From positions 3,100,001 through 3,164,000 of the forward strand of contig JAYWIR010000015.1 in the NCBI GenBank assembly GCA_036172245.1: a stretch of DNA of 64,000 bases, read 5' to 3'. The stretch is from Raillietiella orientalis. Lineage: Eukaryota. Below, in pieces: positions 39,397-50,300 of this stretch. The position numbers and the translations under genes are program-made. The stretch's first letter is position 1. Every line of letters begins with the position of its first letter. The notes beneath the pieces are model-generated. The model did no database searches and had not been told where the DNA came from. It saw only the letters and a program-made list of their open reading frames with translations.

Positions 39397-42300
39397 ATGG
39401 TGCCTCAGGCGGCGGCGCCCGGCAAGAGGCGCCCGCGACGCAGAAGAGGGGGAGATTCCTCTGTCGCTGCTGCTCCTGATCCCAATGGCGTTTTTGCCTC
39501 CTCTGCGTCTGCTTCCGATGCTGCTGCTCTCCTTGCTGTTCCGGCAGCCAGTGAGCCTCATGACGCTCGCCTTGGTGGCGCTGCTGGTCTGCTCGATGTT
39601 CCTGCCGCCGCTGAGGTTCCCAGTTCTGGTCCTACTGCTGTTGATCTTAGTGGTGCTCATGCCGCCTCTAAGGTTCCTTGTGCATCTGTTCCTGATGCTG
39701 CTACCGGTGCTGTGCCGCATGCTCACCCTTCCAAGGAGAGAGGTAAGGGAAAAAAAACGCGCACGGAGGTGGGGGGGAGAGCGGCGAGGAGGCGGCTCTC
39801 GCGGTGGGAGACCGAAAGGCGGCGCCCGAGAACCCTCATGGTCCGCCTCCCTCCTCCTTCCCTCTCGTCCCATCCAGCCCGCTGTAACATGACTCCCTCC
39901 CCCGACCGGTGAAGCTCGCCGTCTTGGTACCCGGGGAGACTCGCTGTCCCCGTGGCCATCGTCATCGCTCCGGCGCCCGGTCATCCGCCCCGGCTCCATC
40001 CTGGTTCCCGGCTTTTCGGTTTCGCTTCGGAGGGACAACTGGGCGCGCAGAGGCACCGCGCCCGCACTTCGCGCACGAGGACTTTCTCTCCGGATGAAGG
40101 CGACGTGCGTGCCTCTCAGCAGCGGAGGCCGCAGACCTCCAGCGCATGCGCTCCGCTCACGCGTGCGCGCAGCCGTCGCCGTTTCCGCTGTCGTCGCCGC
40201 CACCGCGCTTTGCGCCCGCGCGGCTCGGGTCGCACGGGTGGTGTGTCGCCGGTAGCGCAGGCAGCAGCGGGAAGGAAAGTTGGCTCGACGGTCGCGGGCC
40301 CGCAAGGACGGGTCGCGCGCGGAAGATGCGGGGCCGACCGGCCCCTGGATGTGACGGATGCCGCCGTTCCTCTTTTCACCCGAGGATCGCTGCTGTGGAC
40401 GAGGTAACCAAGACGACCGGGGCGAGTGGGCCGGGTGAGATGCACACACCTGGACCGGGAGGAGGAGGAGGAAGAAAAACAGGCGGGTGCGCGAAAGGGG
40501 AAGGAGGGAGAAGGGAAAGGAAATTCGTGGCCTCCCCCTCCCTCCTCCCTGCTGATAAAGTGCATCCTATCGCCTGCTGGGTTCCCCCTGCGCATTCGTC
40601 CCGCGGGAAAGGGAAGGAGGAGGGGGGGGGGCGGAGCGGCGGGTCTACCAACAGGGGCAACGGCCGCTGCCAGGCTCCCAGCGCAACGCTTCCGTGCGCG
40701 CACGCGAACTTGCGCGGCGTGCGCCCGCGCGCTTTCGCCCTGCGGCGCATTCCTCCGTTCCGGTCGAGAGTCGGACCCATCGGTTCCTGCTCGTGCGCTC
40801 GGATGGGAGCGAAAAAAATCAGCAGCGAATCGACGGATCCCCCCCCCCCACGATCCGGGTGGGAGAGGCCCCGGGATGGATTGCCGTCGAGGTGGACCTC
40901 CTCCCTGCAGCTGCCCTCCCCTTGTCGCGAGGAGCCGTCCCCGTCTCCTCGGGACGTCAGCAGGGAGGCGCTCGTGGGTTCGGGACGCGCTCCCGCAGCG
41001 AGAACGGCGGACTTTTTACCTCCTCGAGGAAAGAGCTTGCGGTTTGCTTGTCCCGGCTGAGCTTTCGCTTCACTCCCTTCCTCTCCCTTCCCTTCCTTTC
41101 CCATCCTCTTCCCCTTGAGCATCGCCCGCCACCGCTGCCGCTCTCTTTTGCAGAGGCTGCCAGGCACCTCCCAATGAACTGCGCCGTCTGCAGGAAGAAG
41201 GCTTCCCTCGCGTGTACGGTGTGCCAGACCACGTTTTACTGTGGGGAGCAGCACCAGGAGAAGCACTGGAGAGAGCACCAGAAGGTGTGCAGGCAGTTCC
41301 GCGTGGACATTGCCGAGACTGGCGTTTACTTACGTCTGGTCGCCAAGCAGAAGATCCAGATCGGCGCCCTGCTGATGACGGAGGAGCCGCTGGTGATGGC
41401 TCTCTCCGAGACGAACCCTTACTGCCTCGGCTGCCACGCGGACCTGCGCGGCAAGGACGTGGGCACCTTGACCTCCCGCGTCTACCGGTGCCGGCGCTGC
41501 AATTGGCCTCTGTGCAGCAAGGCGTGCCAGCAGAGCGCGCGCCACCGGCCCGAGTGTACCCTGTTCTCCAGCCGCAAAACCAAGCTGAAATGCATTCCCT
41601 TCTCCTACCTCATCGTGCCCCTGCTGCGCTGCTTGGCGCTCAAAGACCGGAATCCGGAATGGTGGCTGTCCCTCATGAAGATGAACAGCTACCACACAGA
41701 GAAAAAGCACAACACTGTTTACTACCTGGAGAAGAGCCGCCTGTCAAACTTCGTGCACATCCACCTGTCCTCCCAGGAGTTCCCCCACGAGGTTCTGCAT
41801 CACCTGTGGAGCGTCATCAACCTGCGCGGCTTCCAGGTCTCCTATCCCCTCGCCTCCGGCAAGGAGGAGCGCACCTTCTGCCTCCTGTACCCCGAGGCGT
41901 CGCTCCTGGAACACAGCTGCGTCCCCAACTGCTACGCGATGTTTGACGAGGAGCGGCGCATCATGGTACGCTCCTCCAAGGAGATCGCTCCCGGGGGGAT
42001 ACTTACCCTGAGCTTCGCCCCGCTTTTTCTTCCCACCCGTGAACGACAGGAGTACCTATCAAGGTTCCGCCTGCGGGACTGCAACTGCCTTCGCTGCCGC
42101 GACCCCACCGAGTTCGGCTCCCGCCTGTGCTCCATCCGGTGTCCAATGTGCCAGCAAGGGGGGTACCTGGTGCCTCAGGATAGGGGAACCTATCTTGTGT
42201 GGGAGTGTAATCGCTGCTCGGACGCTTCCGTCACGGAGGACGCCTTCAAGCTTGTCGAGGAGACAGAAGACCGGTACTTTGAGATTAAGGAAGAGATGGA

Positions 42301-43963
42301 GACCAAGTTGCGGGAGGCCCGGCTTACAGGGAACGGCCAGCTGTCCCTCTTCACCTTGGACGATCTCTGCAGAAAGTGGGAGGTCTTCATCGGCAGCATA
42401 CTGAACCAAGTGCACGACTTCTACTACCGCGTGCTGATGGCCAAGTGCCACTTGGTCTTCCTGTACTACGAACTCAGTAAGCTGAGGGCTCTCATGAAGG
42501 ACCAGGTGGAGATCGGCTTTGCCTTCAGCGTCCAGAAGTTGCAAGTCATGATAATGCTGGAGGCAGGTAAGATATGCGACCTCCTACCCTTCCCATCCTT
42601 AAAGAGACTTGACTTGGCGAGTCTGGAGAGGAGGAGGACGCGCTAGACGCTCCAAGAACTCTCCCCAAACGAGAAAACTCTACAACCTTCCGCGTTGTTC
42701 CCTTTACATTTCGCTTATTCTCTCTTTTCCTCCCTTTTTCAAGACCTGTCTTCCTCTCTTCCTCCGTGGCAGGCTCGATGCTCGCCAGGCGAGCCATCTC
42801 CATTTTTCTCTCACCCATTCTCGCCTTCTGATCCTTCGGCGTGGCAGCGCTGTCAGGGTTTTGTTTTTTTTCTTCTTGATGGCGGCGGCGGCGGCGGCGC
42901 TTGCGAAGGCAGTCGCTTCCTCTTCCTCCTCTCCCCCTAACTTGGATGCGCAGGAAGAAGGCGTATCTTTCAGCTGCGCGTTCGGCTGCTGGGGAAAACC
43001 CCGTCGAGCGAACTAGTCGGACGTCAGTCCAGCTAGCGTTGATCCCTCCCCTGTCTTACAGGGATTTCGTCCAACATGGGGACCAGCAAGTACCGACTGC
43101 TCGGCTTTGAAAGGATGAAAGAGGCATTGAAGGATCCGCGGCAAAAGACTCTTAGCGAAGAGGAGCAGGTAAGGTGCTTCATCCTCTCTCTTTCCCAGTG
43201 TGTGTGTGGGGGGGAGGGGAAGCGGTGACGCCATCATGGAAAACACTTGCCGCTAACAGGAGGGTGGGCACTTTCGGAAGGGCGTGTGAAGAAATCCCAT
43301 CGCAAACATCCGTCCCGAACCCGTCGGCCGGCATAGGAGCAAGACTGTCCTTTCTTCCCTCTCATCCCACACCTTTCGCTCTTTGAAGCTCACGCATCGT
43401 GATACTGCTCTGTAACCATATTGGCGGTAGTAGGCAGCCGGTTTCCGCTTCCGGTTCCGGTCGCGTTCGCGGAGTTCATCGTGCCGCTATTCGCTTCTGC
43501 ATTCGGCCTCCGGCGACGTGTCGGCGAATCCGCCCAGAGGCTCACGCCCTCAAAAGCAGCGTACACGTTCGATCGGGTCGACCCCTGATGGCGTCACAGC
43601 GCAGCGCATCCGCGTTAGTCGTCATCCCGACAGAACGACCTTGAAGTGCTGCCTGCAACTATGCTGGCGACGCCGATGCTGCGGTCCGATGCTTTCTCTG
43701 AGAAAAACAAAGAAGCGCGACTCGTCCTCGGGGCGCTAACGACGGCGACCGCCGCAGCGCCCCGCGTGACCTCCTGACGGTGCTTATCACTGATGCTCTC
43801 GTGCATTGTATGCCAGGAGTTGAAGGAGTACTTGAACAAGCTGAAGAACTGTCACTTCCTCCTGAAATATGATCCGGACCATACTACCGGAGGAAAGATG
43901 AGGCAGGAGATAGAAAGGGAGATGGAATCCGTGATCACGAAGCTGAGTCAGGGCTCATCCTGA
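39397..43963 (+). CDS. SET and MYND domain protein, arthropod SmydA/msta-like (paralogue 3, ~670 aa with Ala/Pro-rich first exon)
   Basis: Exons 39397-39742 (tentative; phase-1 donor GTAAGG joins the acceptor at 41153 in frame), 41154-42566, 43062-43168, 43817-43963. Canonical N-terminal zf-MYND CAVC...CTVC...YCGEQHQEKHWREHQKVC, CLGC...CRRCNWPLCSKACQ...HRPEC, LEHSCVPNC, CNCLRCRDPTEFGS, C-terminal LLKYDP. Alternative start ATG at 41174. Confidence 0.9.
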
Positions 43964-46023
43964 TGCCTGCCGATTGCTTCCACATTCGAATCGAAGATCC
44001 CTGTCTGGTCGCCGCCGATACGAAATAGCAGCGGAATAAAACCAGTTGGTCTTGGCTGTGCCAAACAACGGCCCTTGATTTATCAGTATTTCTCTGTGGC
44101 CCTCGGAGGGAATCACCAGGAATCTATTTTTCTCCGGAACCCTTCCCGGACCACCCCATCTGTCTGTCTCAAGACTAGATGTCTCCGAGGACGTCACTAG
44201 AACGGTTATACTTAGGTAATCGGGGAGAGCTTCCCTTCCACGGAGGACCTCGGAGCTTCATAAGAGCAACCTTTCATGATGTCTTCCCTTTCGTCGATAT
44301 CTTTCAATTACTGAGGAGTACACCAAGGAAGATTCCCACGAGAGGTACTGTCGAAAAGTGACCATTTGAGATGCTCCTTAGTGACAACTGCTGGAAGCAA
44401 AGGATGAGAAACGTTGTTTCGGAAAATCTCTTGCAGCCGGCCGCCATAAGGGTTCTGCTCTTAGGTGAAAAAGAAAACGGCAGCTATCGGAGACACCGTT
44501 GTTCGCGGCAATCGTACCGACCGATGTCTGTGCTTAGCCAGACTTCCTCATAACCGGGATCTCCACCAAAAAGTGGCGAAAGACTGCAGCAAGCAATGGA
44601 TGGCTATCGTGCATTACTTCTTCATTGGTCACACGTGACCTTCCCCCCCCCCCTCCCCCGCATCTCTCACCCATACCATGCAGTCTCTTAACGAGACCTC
44701 TACGCGTTGCATACTTTTTACGCTCTTGGCATTAAGGAAGTCGTGAACAAGATTAAAAGGAAACTATGTGTCACAAGACTTGAAGATATGAAGCTAAGAA
44801 TGCACACGACTTTCTTAGTGTATTTCTTTTAACGTTTCAAGAAGAACGAAGCCTCGTAAGTTCCCCTCTGGAACTGCGAAGCGGACGGAGGCACAGAGAT
44901 TTTCAAGGAGAGGAACTGCTATTGGTATCTTCGTAAACCCTTTACCCCCCCCCCCGTTTTCGTAGACCCCTTCCCCCCTCCCCCTCCCTTCCCCCCCACC
45001 CTCCCCCCAAAAAACAGGAAGGAAGAAAGAATTTTCGTGCAGAGGGTTCTTGAAAAGGTTCTCGGAACCTGTGGAAGATGTTTTGGACACTTGCGTTTAG
45101 CTAGAGCACACGTCTAGGAAGGATGGTCCAGAGGTCCATATCTCTCGCTACCTCAAGTCGTTGCTGCTGGATTGTCGTGGCTTGCCACAGTATTGATTGG
45201 GATAGCGGTTGGGAACGATGGCGGGCATACCTGTCTGATTTCTCAGGTTTTCGATAGTTCCAATATTCCTAATCAGCTTCGGTTATGAATGGCTCCAGGA
45301 TGCTTTCATGGAATCCTGAATGATGAGAGGTAGCCGAGGTACCCACCGTTGAGCAACGGGAAGTTTTGACAAGGGTCATAAAAAATTACCAATTTGTAAT
45401 TTCAGACGCGCTTCTCGCGAAGGAGAAAACATCAGGTCGCATGCTAACTGGTGAGGTTAACATCGTGCTCCTATTTGGGATGCTCGAATTTGGGATGAGT
45501 CCAGGAAACATTGACATTCGAAATCTTCGAAAAGGACTCAGGAGATAGGCGATTTCTTTTGAGTCTTCATGAATGATGCGTACAGGAGGACTCGACGGAG
45601 GAAGGAAAACGAGGAAACGAGATTCATTTGGATCATTCTCAGGAATAGATCATCCTGAAGCATAGCTCCTGCTGCAGAGGATGAGGACTCACGAGCCAGT
45701 GGTAAAGGTCATAGTGACGAGGATGACCAAATAGGCAAGCGTGGTTATCAGAAAGTAGAGTGAGGATGAATCTGGACTGGGAATAAAGGGAAAGGTTTGG
45801 AATAGGTTGGGAAATCGTTGGCATTTGCCAGTATGTAAGCACGATAATTAGAGCACACGGTCACAAGTCGTGGTCACATGATTCCGAAGACACACCCGGA
45901 ATTCTCTTTCCAAGAGAATTCCGGAGGGGAGATAAAGCTCAAGAGATTAAGAAAGCACGCAGATTCTTTATGCATCATTTCCCAATTGGTTGACAGCGGA
46001 TGAAGTTTTCCAAGTCCGTACCT

Positions 46024-46122
46024 CAACATAGAGATATCCAATACAGAGAGCGAACTCCAACATAGAGAAAATATATTCGAGAACTACATAAAGAAATACA
46101 ATATAGAGAACTTTCATATAGA
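46024..46122. repeat. Degenerate short tandem repeat (caa[c/t]a[t/c]agaga-like units)
   Basis: caacatagaga / caatacagaga / caacatagaga / caatatagaga recur within ~100 bp. Confidence 0.5.
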
Positions 46123-47380
46123 TCATACCTCTCAATATGGAGATCGAACGTAGATTGAATATAGTTTAGGAGGAGGATAACAAAAGACCGCGAGTATGAT
46201 GAAGATTAGGTAAGAACAATCTTTGCTTCGTATGATCTGAGCTGCAAAACCTTCAACTTCGAAGTCAAGCGAAGTTACTGATTGAGCGAAAGGGATTTCA
46301 CGTTTAGCAGACCGGTGGCTACGACTGTGTGAGCGTGTATGCACCTGCCAGGCAGTTTGGAACGCTCAGCTGACCATAATCGCCGCTATCTCTGCTGCCT
46401 CTGATCTCTTCGGAAAATCTCTCTCGTTCTCTCTCCTCCCCCTTTCCCATTTCACAGAAATCGGCACTCCTGATAAGAGAGCTCATGGGGAGGGCTTCGG
46501 TTCCGTGAAGACCACTCCAGTAGGCCTTGTCTCAAGCTGGTTGGCCATACTTTGCAGACGTTTCGGAAAAACCATCAAGGAAACGAAACCACTTCGGTAT
46601 GAGGGAAGGCCAAGAAACGAAGCATGAATTCGTTGCTCAGCCGCACATTGAGAACCCTGGCAGTGTTCTATTTGAATTATGTATCGGGCTCTATTCACCA
46701 AAGTGATCAACACCACGGGATCTCCTCAGCCGCTCTTATCGTCATCTGCCTCATTTGCTGCATGTCCCTTTGTGCTTATTGCAGGAATGGAAGCGAGAGG
46801 CTCCCATCGACCTAGAGAATTTCGCTGTCAATATTGTCAAAGTGCACAGAGATCCGTTGATCTTTCCTTGTTTCCTGGCTGGTGTCGGAAACTCGCCATC
46901 AAGCGCCTTGCAACATGCGCACTTTGGCATGTTGGTTGAGCAAAGCGCACTTTGCACGCGTAGCAAAAATGCATGTTTCTGAGGACAACTCGGTTCTGCA
47001 GCTCTCCAGAGAACACCTTCTAATAACACTAAAGTTAGTTGCTCCTTTGAACATAATGCCTCGCTACACCAAACAATCGTCTACACCTGAGTCGTTGGCA
47101 ATCGAATGCCATAAGAGAACCACTCTGCAGTGGATCCAGTCCACTGCCTTGGGCTCGATGATCGAGATCATGCTCCGGAAACTGCATCAGGTTCCATTCT
47201 CTGCTCCCCACCCCCAACTTGCTCGTTTCCATTATTGGTTTCTGCTGCACCAACTTGCTGTTCTCGGTTCACTTCTACCTATCGCCATACTGCTGAACAC
47301 GATCCAAGTGGGGAAAAAATTTCCAAACCCAAGTGGTAAAATTTCGAATTCTGGAGTGCCTTCAGGCAGATCTCACATAT

Positions 47381-50300
47381 TCACAGGTATACATATCCAC
47401 CCATGTGAAATATGGGCGTAGAAGTCCACCCCACACTGTAATCTCTCTTTTGATTTTCAAGAACGAGCCACGTCTTCAAGGGCTGGAAGTATTCTAACAG
47501 TGGATCCACGTTGAGCCGTGACGTGTTAGTGAGCATATTCAGAGCATCTCTCCAGGAAACAGTAGATCCGAGGCTAAGCATTTCCCTGAAAAAGGCAAGT
47601 GGTTACGAAACATCTTCATTCTGGATCACTGGTCCTGTAGAGCACGCTTCTTATCTCGTTCTCCCAGTTGGGACGCACGCGTGGGTTTCTACCTCTGGAG
47701 ACTTTCGATGAAAGACACGACTCCATCGGCAGTAATCAGTGGTGATTTGGAAATCACGAAAGCGTGCTATAATCTACGCGAAGCTCAAGGGAATTCTATA
47801 AGAATATTTTAACTACTCTGGTAGGCACAGTGCCTTTCCTGGGGAAATTGGAAGTGTCACAGGGCTCCATCAGGTAAGTTTGCTCTGCTTCAGATGCTGA
47901 TGGCTACTTTGGTCCGTTTCCTTAACGAATCCTCCAGTCAAGGAATCTGTGAGGGAATAGTATTCCGATCTTTACGCTGAACGCGGAATGGCAGGATGCA
48001 TTTTTATCGCTTGGATATGGCCATTCGTGCAAAGCCGAGAAAATGTCACCTTTCCCTTGTCAAGGCTTTTTGTTCTCACGGAAGCAACAAGTGAAATCTA
48101 CGAGTCTTCTCCGAAACGGAATCTACAGTTTCGGTTTTGGAGAAGCAGGCGAATGGACAGATAGCTGCCTATACTTGCCTAAATCTGTGTCCTGCTGACT
48201 TTCGTCCAGAAATATCGCATTTATGAAGTGGTTTCTCGGGATCTTCGGAGTCGTATTTCCTCGCCTCCAAGCACAGTGCTTTGTGAAATTGAAATTGAAG
48301 AACGGTGGCAATGAAGTAGCTTAGGAAAATTTTAGCTTTCGTTTTGAACGGAAGATCGTCTTACTTCATCATCGGGTAGTCAGCAACTACATGATACTTG
48401 GAACCAGGAAAGAAATCTTCTTCTGTTACAGGGATCGGAGAACAGACTCCAAGAAGAGACTCGCTGTAATACAGTCTTTTTAACATCGCAGAAATGAATT
48501 CCAGACATCATCTCCCCTCCCAATCGGATCATTCGTCAGAAATCCCGAAATTTGTAAATCACGTCTTGAGAGAAAGCAAGAGGCCAAAGTCATTCTCGAT
48601 GCTTGAATTCCAAGAGCGAACAGGTGCTGACAAGAAATCACAGGCGCATACAGGCCGACTGCGGATTCAGGAGAAATACTCTTGGCCGGATCGTGACTAT
48701 GCCAAGACGCGCTTCCAGCTTTGCAAACTTTCGGCCTTGTAACGCAGTTCATGAAAGCATTTCTCATTTCTAATATTCAGAAGTAAAACTCCGCACGACG
48801 GCTTTGTTCTCAAGAAGAGAGATCGGAAATTCGAAAAGTTCCCGGATGAAGACATCAATGTTTGCTGTGATCAACCTGAATGTTTTGCTGGTGAATAAGT
48901 CGAGTTGTGCTGCTCTGCAAAAGATGCTTTTTCTTATACCGTCATCGTTTTTTATTGGATTTCATTCGTTTTCCTTCCCTTTAGAAAAAACAAATGAAAG
49001 AATCGTTCTCGACCATATCGAAACATTGGTCTCTAAGGATCGATTCCTTGAACACGTGCCTTTTTAAGAAAAACGTTTTCTTCATACCACATGCGCCACC
49101 ATTCAGCATTCATGTATTTTGTGCTGATTGTGCGGCTGAGGACGTTCCACCTCCAGATGTCGATCATAAAAGCGAAAATCATGGAAGGTATTATATCAAG
49201 AGCCCTGTTCATCAAAAAGTCCACTTCTATGTTTTCATTTTCTTCTCCACTGAAATTGAGCAACCCGAGAGTGGCGAGATGCTTAGGGGTCAAGACTGAC
49301 ATGACTACCGTTTCCCCTATAGCTTCGTGGAAACCTAAAAATATATTATTTCTTATACAATCGGAACCTAAGTCATCAGATGGTGGATGCTTGTGAGGGT
49401 GAATCGGATAGGATGCTGTTCTTGCTCACCTGGGTTAGGGCTATCCCGAAATGCTACAGGTAAACTCCTGTACGACATCGAGTAAACGGTGTGTCCCATT
49501 TCGTGGTGCGCAATTATAAAATCTGTTAAATCCATCTCAGCACAGTGCTTAACTCTGAACCAATAAGCATAATAATGAGGATGATGATGAGGATAATTAT
49601 GGTTGCTGTCTATAATAATTCGAAGAAGGATACAGTTCTGCGTGGTCATTCGCACCTTATCTTGGAAGCTGAACTCGAGAAACATCTTCGTCTTTGATGG
49701 ATGAGCACTCGAAGAGAAGTTTCTCTATGTTCGAAATCAAAATCGATGTTTTTGGTAGTTGAGATGCATGAGGAGGTGAAATGAAAACACCTTCATCCAC
49801 AAAGAGAAACAGCAAAGGCCCCAAACAGCAAAGCTGTCAGCTTTACACCTTAGACTTCCAAAGATAGGAGGTACAAGATGGTTCATTTTGGACAACTACC
49901 AAGTCCCGTTCGGTTGGATAATACCAATTAATGCATACAAGACACTGTTTCTTCTAATAAATTCCAACACAATAAATCGCTTTCAACGATAAACACAATA
50001 AATCTTGGAGAGATCTTGCAGTGCATAAGCATTTGTTTCAATCTAGCCTATATGAAGTTTGCTACTTGTTACAACAGATACAGGGTTGCTCTGAGGAGCA
50101 GTTCTTCATGTGTTGCAATAGGTTTCATGGACACTGCTAGTTCGAAATCATCGGAATGCATAGATCAGTATTTTCTGCCGAGGCAAAACCAGTCATAAGT
50201 GAGCGATATAAGATCATAGAAACTGAATTTTGATAAGCGATCGGCGCATACCAAGGCAAACATTCAAACGACGCTATCATTCATAAGAGGAAGACGTTCA

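Noticed and set aside
39329..39892. Leu-rich, apparently multi-pass membrane protein ORF (+)
   Set aside because: Shifted-frame shadow of the Ala-rich exon (GCT/GCC codons read as CTG/CCG); the Ala/Pro frame is the one that splices in frame to the SMYD exon.
39271..41278. Long overlapping Arg/Gly/Pro-rich ORFs (392, 304 and 300 aa)
   Set aside because: Expected in very GC-rich DNA; no domain motifs, and they lie largely within the inferred first intron of SMYD paralogue 3.
45639..45842. Possible non-LTR retrotransposon C-terminal remnant (ILTLLSDNHACLFGH)
   Set aside because: Similarity too weak to support by eye.
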